The notes under the pieces are model-generated. The model saw nothing but the letters and a program-made list of their open reading frames with translations. It searched no databases and was not told the origin of the DNA. A stretch of 64,000 nt of DNA, taken from contig OZ024744.1 in the NCBI GenBank assembly GCA_964016885.1, positions 111,104,001-111,168,000 of the forward strand, written 5' to 3'. The position numbers and the translations under genes were made by a program. This DNA comes from Eledone cirrhosa (lineage: Eukaryota). Numbering within the stretch: position 1 is the stretch's first letter; the number at the start of each line of letters is the position of its first letter. Shown here in pieces: positions 31,601 to 46,329 of this stretch.

Positions 31601-33770
31601 AAACTACACAATCCACTATAGTTTACCTTGCCCTGAACACAGTAAAACTACACAATCCACTATAACGTACCTTGCCCTGAACACAGTAAAACTACTTAAT
31701 TCACTATAACTTACCTTGCTCTGAACACAGTAAAACTACACAATCCACTATACCTTACCTTGCCCTGAACACAGTAAAACTACACAATCCACTATAGCTT
31801 ACATTGCTCTGAACACAGTAAAACTACACAATCCACTATAAATTACCTTGCCCTGAACACAGTAAAACTACACAATCCACTATTACTTACCTTGCCCTGA
31901 ACACAGAATAACTACACAATCCACTATAACTTAACTGGCCCTGAACACAGTAAAACTACACAATCCACTATTACTTACCCTGCTCTGAACACAGTAAAAC
32001 TACACAATCCACTATTACTTACCTTGCTCTGAACACAGAAAAACTACACAATCCACTATAACTTACTTTGCCATGAACACAGTAAAACTACACAATCCAC
32101 TATAACTTAACTGGCCCTGAACACAGTAACACTACACAATCAACTATAACTTACCTTGCTCTGAACACAGTAAAACTACACAATGCACTATAACTTACTT
32201 TGCCATGAACACAGTAAAACTACACAATCCACTAAAACTTACCTTGCACTGAACACAGTAAAACTACACAATCCACTATAAATTACCTTGTTCTGAACAC
32301 AGTAAAACTACACAATCCACTCTAACTTACCTTGCCCGGAACAAAGTAAAACTACGTAATCCACTATGCCTTACCTTGCCCTGAACACAGTGAAACTACA
32401 CAATCCACTATAACTTACCTTGCTCTGAACACAGTAAAACTACACAATCCACTATACCTTACCTTGCCCTGAACACAGTAAAACTACATAATCCACTATA
32501 GTTTACCTTGCCCTGAACACAATAAATCTACACAATCCACTATAAATTACCTTGCTCTGAACACAATAAAACTACACAATCCACTATAACTTAACTGGCC
32601 CTGAACACAGTAAAACTACACAATCCACTATAACTTACCTTGCCCTGAACACAGTAAAACTATACAATCCACTATAACAAACATTGCCCTGAACACGGTA
32701 AAACTACACAAACCACTATAAATTACCTTGCCCTGAACACAGAAAAACTACATAATCCACTATAGTTTACCTTGCCCTGAACACAATAAAACTACACAAT
32801 CCACTATAAATTACCTTGCCCTGAACACAGTAAAACTACACAATCCACTATAACCTACCTTGCCCTGAACACAGTAAAACTACTTAATTCACTATAACTT
32901 ACCTTGCCCTGAACACAGTAAAACTACACAATCCACTATAACTTACCTTGACCTGACCAGAGTAAAACTACACAACCCACTATAACTTACCTTGCTCTGA
33001 ACACAGTAAAACTACACAATCCACTATACCTTACCTTGCCCTGAACACAGTAAAACTACACAATCCACTATAACTTACCTTGCCCTGAACACAGTAAAAC
33101 TACACAATCCTCTATAACTTACCTTGCTGTGAACACAGTAAAACTACACAATCCACTATGTCTTACATTGCCCTGAACACAGTAAAACTACACAATCCAC
33201 TATTACTTACATTGCTCTGAACACAGAAAAACTACACAATCCACTATAACTTACTTTGCCATGAACAGAGTAAAACTACACAATCCACTACAACTTACCT
33301 TGCACTGAACACAGTAATACTACACAATCCACTATAAATTACCTTCCTCTGAACACAGTAAAACTACACAATCCACTATAACTTAACTGGCCCTGAACAC
33401 AGTAACACTACACAATCCACTCTAACTTACCTTGCCCAGAACAATGTATAACTACGAAATCCACTATACCTTACCTTGCCCTGAACACAGTCAAACTACA
33501 CAATCCACTATAGCTTACATTGCTCTGAACACAGTAAAACTACACAATCCACTATAGCTTACCTTGCCCTGAACACAGTAAAACTACACAATCCACTATA
33601 GCTTACCTTGCCCTGAACACAGAAAAACTAAACAATCCACTATAACTTACATTGCCCTGAACACAGTAAAACTACACAATCCACTATAAATTACCTTGCT
33701 CTGAACACAGTAAAATTACACAATCCACTATAACTTACCTTGCTCTGAACACAGTAAACCTACACAATCC
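22630..33770. repeat. Tandem duplication of an approximately 121-monomer (5324-bp) higher-order unit, about 2.1 copies
   Basis: AACAATGTATAACTACGAAAT occurs at 22792/28116/33440, AACTAG at 24585/29909 and GACCTGACCAGAG at 27626/32950, all offset 5324. Internal markers TAACTCTA (25351/30543) are offset 5192, which shows compensating 3-monomer gaps. Confidence 0.85.
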
Positions 33771-36700
33771 ACTACAACTTACCTTGCACTGAACACAGTA
33801 ATACTACACGATCCACTATAAATTACCTTCCTCTGAACACAGTAAAACTACACAATCCACTATAACTTAACTGGCCCTGAACACAGTAACACTACACAAT
33901 CCACTCTAACTTACCTTGCCCAGAACAATGTATAACTACGAAATCCACTATACCTTACCTTGCCCTGAACACAGTCAAACTACACAATCCACTATAGCTT
34001 ACCTTGCCCTGAACACAGTAAAACTACACAATCCACTATAGCTTACCTTGCCCTGAACATAGAAAAACTAAACAATCCACTATAACTTACATTGCCCTGA
34101 ACACAGTAAAACTACACAATCCACTATAAATTACCTTGCTCTGAACACAGTAAAATTACACAATCCACTATAACTTACCTTGCTCTGAACACAGTAAACC
34201 TACACAATCCACTATAAATTACCTTGCCCTGAACACAGTAAAACTACACAATCCACTATAAGTTACCTTGCTCTGAACACAGTAAAACAACACAATCCAC
34301 TATAACTTGACTGGCCCTGAACACAGTAAAACTACACAATCCACTATAACTTACCATGCCCTGAACACAGTAAAACTAAACAATCCACTATAACTTACCT
34401 TGCTCTGAACACAGTAAAACTACACAATCCACTATACCTTACCTTGGCCTGAACACAGTAAAACTACACAATCCACTATAGCTTACATTGCTCTGAACAC
34501 AGTAAAACTACACAATCCATTATAGCTTACCTTGCCCTGAAAACAGTGGAACTACACAATCCACTATAAATTACCTTGCTCTGAACACAGTAACACTACA
34601 CAATCCACTATAACTTACCTTGCTCTGAACACAGTAAAACTACACAATCCACTATAACTTACTTTGCCATGAACACAGTAAAACTACACCATCCACTATA
34701 ACTTACCTTGCACTGAACACAGTAAAACTACACAATCCACTATAGTTTACCTTTCCCTGAACACAGTAAAACTACACAATCCACTATAACGTACCTTGCC
34801 CTGAACACAGTAAAACTACTTAATTCACTATAACTTACCCTGCTCTGAACACAGTAAGACTACACAATCCACTATACCTTACCTTGCCCTGAACACAGTA
34901 AAACTACACAATCCACTATAGCTTACATTGCTCTGAACACAGTAAAACTACACAATCCACTATAAATTACCTTGCCCTGAACACAGTAAAACTACACAAT
35001 CCACTATTACTTACCTTGCCCTGAACACAGAATAACTACACAATCCACTATAACTTAACTGGCCCTGAACACAGTAAAACTACACAATCCACTATTACTT
35101 ACCTTGCTCTGAACACAGAAAAACTACACAATCCACTATTACTTACCTTGCTCTGAACACAGAAAAACTACACAATCCACTATAACTTACTTTGCCATGA
35201 ACACAGTAAAACTACACAATCCACTATTACTTACCTTGCCCTGAACACAGAAAAACTACACAATCCACTATAACTTACTTTGCCATGAACACAGTAAAAC
35301 TACACAATCCACTATAACTTAACTGGCCCTGAACACAGTAACACTACACAATCAACTATAACTTACCTTGCTCTGAACACAGTAAAACTACACAATGCAC
35401 TATAACTTACTTTGCAATGAACACAGTAAAACTACACAATCCACTATAACTTACCTTGCACTGAACACAGTAAAACTACACAATCCACTATAAATTACCT
35501 TGCTCTGAACACAGTAAAATTACACAATCCACTATAACTTACTTTGCCATGAACACAGTAAAACTACACAATCCACTACAACTTACCTTGCACTGAACAC
35601 AGTAATACTACACAATCCACTATAAATTACCTTCCTCTGAACACAGTAAAACTACACAATCCACTATAACTTAACTGGCCCTGAACACAGTAACACTACA
35701 CAATCCACTCTAACTTACCTTGCCCAGAACAATGTATAACTACGAAATTCACTATACCTTACCTTGCCCTGAACACAGTCAAACTACACAATCCACTATA
35801 GCTTACATTGCTCTGAACACAGTAAAACTACACAATCCACTATAGCTTACCTTGCCCTGAACACAGTAAAACTACACAATCCACTATAGCTTACCTTGCC
35901 CTGAACACAGAAAAACTAAACAATCCACTATAACTTACATTGCCCTGAACACAGTAAAACTACACAATCCACTATAAATTACCTTGCTCTGAACACAGTA
36001 AAATTACACAATCCACTATAACTTACCTTGCTCTGAACACAGTAAACCTACACAATCCACTATAAATTACCTTGCCCTGAACACAGTAAAACTACACAAT
36101 CCACTATAAGTTACCTTGCTCTGAACACAGTAAAACAACACAATCCACTATAACTTGACTGGCCCTGAACACAGTGGAACTACACAATCCACTATAAATT
36201 ACCTTGCTCTGAACACAGTAAAACTACACAATCCACTATAACTTACCTTGCTCTGAACACAGTAAAACTACACAATCCACTATAACTTACTTTGCCATGA
36301 ACACAGTAAAACTACACAATCCACTATAACTTACCTTGCACTGAACACAGTAAAACTACACAATCCACTATAGTTTACCTTGCCCTGAACACAGTAAAAC
36401 TACACAATCCACTATAACGTACCTTGCCCTGAACACAGTAAAACTACTTAATTCACTATAACTTACCTTGCTCTGAACACAGTAAAACTACACAATCCAC
36501 TATACCTTACCTTGCCCTGAACACAGTAAAACTACACAATCCACTATAGCTTACATTGCTCTGAACACAGTAAAACTACACAATCCACTATAAATTACCT
36601 TGCCCTGAACACAGTAAAACTACACAATCCACTATTACTTACCTTGCCCTGAACACAGAATAACTACACAATCCACTATAACTTAACTGGCCCTGAACAC

Positions 36701-38939
36701 AGTAAAACTACACAATCCACTATTACTTACCTTGCTCTGAACACAGTAAAACTACACAGTCCACTATTACTTACCTTGCTCTGAACACAGAAAAACTACA
36801 CAATCCACTATAACTTACTTTGCCATGAACACAGTAAAACTACACAATCCACTACTACTTACCTTGCCCTGAACACAGAAAAACTACACAATCCACTATA
36901 ACTTACTTTGCCATGAACACAGTAAAACTACACAATCCACTATAACTTAACTGGCCCTGAACACAGTAACACTACACAATCAACTATAACTTACCTTGCT
37001 CTGAACACAGTAAAACTACACAATGCACTATAACTTACTTTGCCATGAACACAGTAAAACTACACAATCCACTATAACTTACCTTGCACTGAACACAGTA
37101 AAACTACACAATCCACTATAAATTACCTTGTTCTGAACACAGTAAAACTACACAATCCACTCTAACTTACCTTGCCCAGAACAAAGTAAAACTACGTAAT
37201 CCACTATACCTTACCTTGCCCTGAGCACAGTGAAACTACACAATCCACTATAACTTACCTTGCTCTGAACACAGTAAAACTACACAATCCACTATACCTT
37301 ACCTTGCCCTGAACACAGTAAAACTACATAATCCACTATAGTTTACCTTACCCTGAACACAATAAAACTACACAATCCACTATAAATTACCTTGCTCTGA
37401 ACACAATAAAACTACACAATCCACTATAACTTAACTGGCCCTGAACACAGTAAAACTACACAATCCACTATAACTTACCTTGCCCTGAACACAGTAAAAC
37501 TACACAATCCACTATAACAAACATTGCCCTGAACACGGTAAAACTACACAAACCACTATAAATTACCTTGCCCTGAACACAGTAAAACTACACAATCCAC
37601 TATAACTTACCTTGCCCTGAACACAGTAAAACTACACAATCCTCTATAACTTACCTTGCTGTGAACACAGTAAAACTACACAATCCACTATGCCTTAACT
37701 TGCCCTGAACACAGTAAAACTACACAATCCACTATTACTTACATTGCTCTGAACACAGAAAAACTACACAATCCACTATAACTTACTTTGCCATGAACAC
37801 AGTAAAACTACACAATCCACTACAACTTACCTTGCACTGAACACAGTAAAACTACACAATCCACTATAAATTACCTTCCTCTGAACACAGTAAAACTACA
37901 CAATCCACTATAACTTAACTGGTCCTGAACACGGTAACACTATACAATCCACTCTAACTTACCTTGCCCAGAACAAAGTATAACTACGTAATCCACTATA
38001 AATTACCTTGCCCTGAACACAGTAAAACTACACAATCCACTATAAGTTACCTTGCTCTGAACACAGTAAAACAACACAATCCACTATAACTTAACTGGCC
38101 CTGAACACAGTAAAACTACACAATCCACTATAACTTACCATGCCCTGAACACAGTAAAACTAAACAATCCACTATAACTTACCTTGCTCTGAACACAGTA
38201 AAACTACACAATCCACTATACCTTACCTTGGCCTGAACACAGTAAAACTACACAATCCACTATAGCTTACATTGCTCTGAACACAGTAAAACTACACAAT
38301 CCATTATAGCTTACCTTGCCCTGAAAACAGTGGAACTACACAATCCACTATAAATTACCTTGCCCTGAACACAGTAAAACTAAACAATCCACTATAGCTT
38401 ACATTGCTCTGAACACAGTAAAACTACACAATCCACTATAACTTACCTTGCTCTGAACACAGTAAAACTACACAATCCACTATAACTTACTTTGCCATGA
38501 ACACAGTAAAACTACACAATCCACTATAACTTACATTGCACTGAACACAGTAAAACTACACAATCCACTATAGTTTACCTTGCCCTGAACACAGTAAAAC
38601 TACACAATCCACTATAACGTACCTTGCCCTGAACACAGTAAAACTACTTAATTCACTATAACTTACCTTGCTCTGAACACAGTAAAACTACACAATCCAC
38701 TATACCTTATCTTGCCCTGAACACAGTAAAACTACACAATCCACTATAGCTTACATTGCTCTGAACACAGTAAAACTACACAATCCACTATAAATTACCT
38801 TGCCCTGAACACGGTAAAACTACACAATCCACTATTACTTACCTTGCCCTGAACACAGAATAACTACACGATCCACTATAACTTAACTGGCCCTGAACAC
38901 AGTAAAACTACACAATCCACTATTACTTACCCTGCTCTG

Positions 38940-39375
38940 AACACAGTAAAACTACACAATCCACTATAGCTTACATTGCTCTGAACACAGTAAAACTACA
39001 CAATCCACTATAACTTAACTGGCCCTGAACACAGTAACACTACACAATACACTCTAACTTACCTTGCCCAGAACAAAGTATAACTACGTAATCCACTATA
39101 CCTTACCTTGCCCTGAACACAGTCAAACTACACAATCCACTATAGCTTACCTTGCTCTGAACACAGTAAAACTACACAATCCACTATAGCTTACATTGCT
39201 CTGAACACAGTAAAACTACACAATCCACTATAACTTAACTGGCCCTGAACACAGTAACACTACACAATACACTCTAACTTACCTTGCCCAGAACAAAGTA
39301 TAACTACGTAATCCACTATACCTTACCTTGCCCTGAACACAGTCAAACTACACAATCCACTATAGCTTACCTTGC
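38940..39375. repeat. Local 5-monomer (220-bp) tandem duplication
   Basis: The rare variant TACACAATACACTCTAAC occurs at 39041 and 39261 with the same neighbouring monomers. Confidence 0.8.
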
Positions 39376-42300
39376 CCTGAACACAGTAAAACTACACAAT
39401 CCACTATAAATTACCTTGCTCTGAACACAGTAAAATTACACAATCCACTATAACTTACCTTGCTCTGAACACAGTAAACCTACACAATCCACTATAAATT
39501 ACCTTGCCCTGAACACAGTAAAACTACACAATCCACTATAAGTTACCTTGCTCTGAACACAGTAAAACAACACAATCCACTATAACTTAACTGGCCCTGA
39601 ACACAGTAAAACTACACAATCCACTATAACTTACCATGCCCTGAACACAGTAACACTAAACAATCCACTATAACTTACCTTGCTCTGAACACAGTAAAAC
39701 TACACAATCCACTATACCTTACCTTGGCCTGAACACAGTAAAACTACACAATCCACTATAGCTTACATTGCTCTGAACACAGTAAAACTACACAATCCAT
39801 TATAGCTTACCTTGCCCTGAAAACAGTGGAACTACACAATCCACTTTTAATTACCTTGCTCTGAACACAGTAAAACTACACAATCCACTATAACTTACCT
39901 TGCTCTGAACACAGTAAAACTACACAATCCACTATAACTTACTTCGCCATGAACACAGTAAAACTACACAATCCACTATAACTTACCTTGCACTGAACAC
40001 AGTAAAACTACACAATCCACTATAGTTTACCTTGCCCTGAACACAGTAAAACTACACAATCCACTATAACGTACCTTGCCCTGAACACAGTAAAACTACT
40101 TAATTCACTATAACTTACCTTGCTCTGAACACAGTAAAACTACACAATCCACTATACCTTACCTTGCCCTGAACACAGTAAAACTACACAATCCACTATA
40201 GCCTACATTGCTCTGAACACAGTAAAACTACACAATCCACTATAAATTACCTTGCCCTGAACACAGTAAAACTACACAATCCACTATTACTTACCTTGCC
40301 CTGAACACAGAATAACTACACAATCCACTATAACTTAACTGGCCCTGAACACAGTAAAACTACACAATCCACTATTACTTACCCTGCTCTGAACACAGTA
40401 AAACTACACAATCCACTATTACTTACCTTGCTCTGAACACAGACAAACTACACAATCCACTATAACATACTTTGCCATGAACACAGTAAAACTACACAAT
40501 CCACTATTACTTACCTTGCTCTGAACACAGAAAAACTACACAATCCACTATAACTTACTTTGCCATGAACACAGTAAAACTACACAATCCACTATAACTT
40601 AACTGGCCCTGAACACAGTAACACTACACAATCAACTATAACTTACCTTGCTCTGAACACAGTAAAACTACACAATGCACTATAACTTACTTTGCCATGA
40701 ACACAGTAAAACTACACAATCCACTAAAACTTACCTTGCACTGAACACAGTAAAACTACACAATCCACTATAAATTACCTTGTTCTGAACACAGTAAAAC
40801 TACACAATCCACTCTAACTTACCTTGCCCGGAACAAAGTAAAACTACGTAATCCACTATACCTTACCTTGCCCTGAACACAGTGAAACTACACAATCCAC
40901 TATAACTTACCTTGCTCTGAACACAGTAAAACTACACAATCCACTATACCTTACCTTGCCCTGAACACAGTAAAACTACATAATCCACTATAGTTTACCT
41001 TGCCCTGAACACAATAAATCTACACAATCCACTATAAATTACCTTGCTCTGAACACAATAAAACTACACAATCCACTATAACTTAACTGGCCCTGAACAC
41101 AGTAAAACTACACAATCCACTATAACTTACCTTGCCCTGAACACAGTAAAACTACACAATCCACTATAACAAACATTGCCCTGAACACGGTAAAACTACA
41201 TAAACCACTATAAATTACCTTGCCCTGAACACAGTAAAACTACATAATCCACTATAGTTTACCTTGCCCTGAACACAATAAAACTACACAATCCACTATA
41301 AATTACCTTGCCCTGAACACAGTAAAACTACACAATCCACTATAACCTACCTTGCCCTGAACACAGTAAAACTACTTAATTCACTATAACTTACCTTGCC
41401 CTGAACACAGTAAAACTACACAATCCACTATAACTTACCTTGACCTGACCAGAGTAAAACTACACAACCCACTATAACTTACCTTGCTCTGAACACAGTA
41501 AAACTACACAATCCACTATACCTTACCTTGCCCTGAACACAGTAAAACTACACAATCCACTATAACTTACCTTGCCCTGAACACAGTAAAACTACACAAT
41601 CCTCTATAACTTACCTTGCTGTGAACACAGTAAAACTACACAATCCACTATGCCTTACCTTGCCCTGAACACAGTAAAACTACACAATCCACTATTACTT
41701 ACATTGCTCTGAACACAGAAAAACTACACAATCCACTATAACTTACTTTGCCATGAACAGAGTAGAACTACACAATCCACTACAACTTACCTTGCACTGA
41801 ACACAGTAAAACTACACAATCCACTATAAATTACCTTCCTCTGAACACAGTAAAACTACACAATCCACTATAACTTAACTGGCCCTGAACACAGTAACAC
41901 TACACAATCCACTCTAACTTACCTTGCCCAGAACAAAGTATAACTACGTAATCCACTATACCTTACCTTGCCCTGAACACAGTCAAACTACACAATCCAC
42001 TATAGCTTACATTGCTCTGAACACAGTAAAACTACACAATCCACTATAGCTTACCTTGCCCTGAACACAGTAAAACTACACAATCCACTATAGCTTACCT
42101 TGCCCTGAACACAGAAAAACTAAACAATCCACTATAACTTACATTGCCCTGAACACAGTAAAACTACACAATCCACTATAAATTACCTTGCTCTAAACAC
42201 AGTAAAATTACACAATCCACTATAACTTACCTTGCTCTGAACACAGTAAACCTACACAATCCACTATAAATTACCTTGCCCTGAACACAGTAAAACTACA

Positions 42301-45300
42301 CAATCCACTATAAGTTACCTTGCTCTGAACACAGTAAAACAACACAATCCACTATAACTTGACTGGCCCTGAACACAGTAAAACTACACAATCCACTATA
42401 ACTTACCATGCCCTGAACACAGTAAAACTAAACAATCCACTATAACTTACCTTGCTCTGAACACAGTAAAACTACACAATCCACTATACCTTACCTTGGC
42501 CTGAACACAGTAAAACTACACAATCCACTATAGCTTACATTGCTTTGAACACAGTAAAACTACACAATCCATTATAGCTTACCTTGCTCTGAAAACAGTG
42601 GAACTACACAATCCACTATAAATTACCTTGCTCTGAACACAGTAAAACTACACAATCCACTATTACTTACTTTGCCATGAACACAGTAAAACTACACAAT
42701 CCACTATAAATTACCTTGCACTGAACACAGTAAAACTACACAATCCACTATAGTTTACCTTGCCCTGAACACAGTAAAACTACACAATCCACTATAACGT
42801 ACCTTGCCCTGAACACAGTAAAACTACTTAATTCACTATAACTTACCTTGCTCTGAACACAGTAAAACTACACAATCCACTATACCTTACCTTGCTCTGA
42901 ACACAGTAAAACTACACAATCCACTATACCTTACCTTGGCCTGAACACAGTAAAACTACACAATCCACTATAGCTTACATTGCTCTGAACACAGTAAAAC
43001 TACACAATCCATTATAGCTTACCTTGCCCTGAAAACAGTGGAACTACACAATCCACTATAACTTACCTTGCTCTGAACACAGTAAAACTACACAATCCAC
43101 TATAACTTACTTTGCCATGAACACAGTAAAACTACACAATCCACTATAACTTACCTTGCACTGAACACAGTAAAACTACACAATCCACTATAGTTTACCT
43201 TGCCCTGAACACAGTAAAACTACACAATCCACTATAACGTACCTTGCCCTGAACACAGTAAAACTACTTAATTCACTATAACTTACCTTGCTCTGAACAC
43301 AGTAAAACTACACAATCCACTATACCTTACCTTGCCCTGAACACAGTAAAACTACACAATCCACTATAGCTTACATTGCTCTGAACACAGTAAAGCTACA
43401 CAATCCACTATAAATTACCTTGCCCTGAACACAGTAAAACTACACAATCCACTATTACTTACCTTGCCCTGAACACAGAATAACTACACAATCCACTATA
43501 ACTTAACTGGCCCTGAACACAGTAAAACTACACAATCCACTATTACTTACCTTGCTCTGAACACAGAAAAACTACACAATCCACTATAACTTACTTTGCC
43601 ATGAACACAGTAAAACTACACAATCCACTATTACTTGCCTTGCTCTGAACACAGAAAAACTACACAATCCACTATAACTTACTTTGCCATGAACACAGTA
43701 AAACTACACAATCCACTATAACTTAACTGGCCCTGAACACAGTAACACTACACAATCAACTATAACTTACCTTGCTCTGAACACAGTAAATCTACACAAT
43801 GCACTATAACTTACTTTGCCATGAACACAGTAAAACTACACAATCCACTATAACTTACCTTGCACTGAACACAGTAAAACTACACAATCCACTATAAATT
43901 ACCTTGTTCTGAACACAGTAAAACTACACAATCCACTCTAACTTACCTTGCCCAGAACAAAGTAAAACTACGTAATCCACTATACCTTACCTTGCCCTGA
44001 ACACAGTGAAACTACACAATCCACTATAACTTACCTTGCTCTGAACACAGTAAAACTACACAATCCACTATACCTTACCTTGCCCTGAACACAGTAAAAC
44101 TACATAATCCACTATAGTTTACCTTACCCTGAACACAATAAAACTACACAATCCACTATAAATTACCTTGCTCTGAACACAATAAAACTACACAATCCAC
44201 TATAACTTAACTGGCCCTGAACACAGTAAATCTACACAATCCACTATAACTTACCTTACCCTGAACACAGTAAAACTACACAATCCACTATAACAAACAT
44301 TGCCCTGAACACGGTAAAACTACACAAACCACTATAAATTACCTTGCCCTGAACACAGTAAAACTACATAATCCACTATAGTTTACCTTGCCCTGAACAC
44401 AATAAAACTACACAATCCACTATAAATTACCTTGCCCTGAACACAGTAAAACTACACAATCCACTATAACGTACCTTGCCCTGAACACAGTAAAACTACT
44501 TAATTCACTATAACTTACCTTGCTGTGAACACAGTAAAACTACACAATCCACTATGCCTTACCTTGCCCTGAACACAGTAAAACTACACAATCCACTATT
44601 ACTTACATTGCTCTGAACACAGAAAAACTACACAATCCACTATAACTTACTTTGCCATGAACACAGTAAAACTACACAATCCACTACAACTTACCTTGCA
44701 CTGAACACAGTAAAACTACACAATCCACTATAAATTACCTTCCTCTGAACACAGTAAAACTACACAATCCACTATAACTTAACTGGCCCTGAACACGGTA
44801 ACACTACACAATCCACTCTAACTTACCTTGCCCAGAACAAAGTATAACTACGTAATCTACTATACCTTACCTTGCCCTGAACACAGTCAAACTACACAAT
44901 CCACTATAGCTTACATTGCTCTGAACACAGTAAAACTACACAATCCACTATAGCTTACCTTGCCCTGAACACAGTAAAACTACACAATCCACTATAAATT
45001 ACCTTGCTCTGAACACAGTAAAATTACACAATCCACTATAACTTACCTTGCTCTGAACACAGTAAACCTACACAATCCACTATAAATTACCTTGCCCTGA
45101 ACACAGTAAAACTACACAATCCACTATAAGTTACCTTGCTCTGAACACAGTAAAACAACACAATCCACTATAACTTAACTGGCCCTGAACACAGTAAAAC
45201 TACACAATCCACTATAACTTACCATGCCCTGAACACAGTAAAACTAAACAATCCACTATAACTTACATTGCCCTGAACACAGTAAAATTACACAAACCAC

Positions 45301-46329
45301 TATAAATTACCTTGCCCGGAACACAGTAAAACTACACAATCCACTATAGTTTACCTTGCCCTGAAAACAGCAAAACTACACAATCCACTATAAATTACCT
45401 TGCCCTGAACACAGTAAAACTACACAATCCACTATTACTTACCTTGCTCTGAACACAGTAAAACTACACAATCCACTATTACTTACCTTGCTCTGAACAC
45501 AGAAAAACTACACAATCCACTATAACTTACTTTGCCATGAACACAGTAAAACTACACAATCCACTATTACTTACCTTGCTCTGAACACAGAAAAACTACA
45601 CACTCCACTATAACTTACTTTGCCATGAACACAGTAAAACTACACAATCCACTATAACTTAACTGGCCCTGAACACAGTAACACTACACAATCAACTATA
45701 ACTTACCTTGCTCTGAACACAGTAAAACTACACAATGCACTATAACTTACTTTGCCATGAACACAGTAAAACTACACAATCCACTATAACTTACCTTGCA
45801 CTGAACACAGTAAAACTACACAATCCACTATAAATTACCTTGTTCTGAACACAGTAAAACTACACAATCCACTCTAACTTACCTTGCCCAGAACAAAGTC
45901 AAACTACGTAATCCACTATACCTTACCTTGCCCTGAACACAGTGAAACTACACAATCCACTATAACTTACCTTGCCCTGAACACAGTAAAACTACACAAT
46001 CCACTATAAGTTACCTTGCTCTGAACACAGTAAAACAACACAATCCACTATAACTTAACTGGCCCTGAACACAGTAAAACTACACAATCCACTATAACTT
46101 ACCATGCCCTGAACACAGTAAAACTAAACAATCCACTATAACTTACATTGCCCTGAACACAGTAAAATTACACAAACCACTATAAATTACCTTGCCCGGA
46201 ACACAGTAAAACTACACAATCCACTATAGTTTACCTTGCCCTGAACACAGTAAAACTACACAATCCACTATTACTTACCTTGCTCTGAACACAGTAAAAC
46301 TACACAATCCACTATTACTTACCTTGCTC

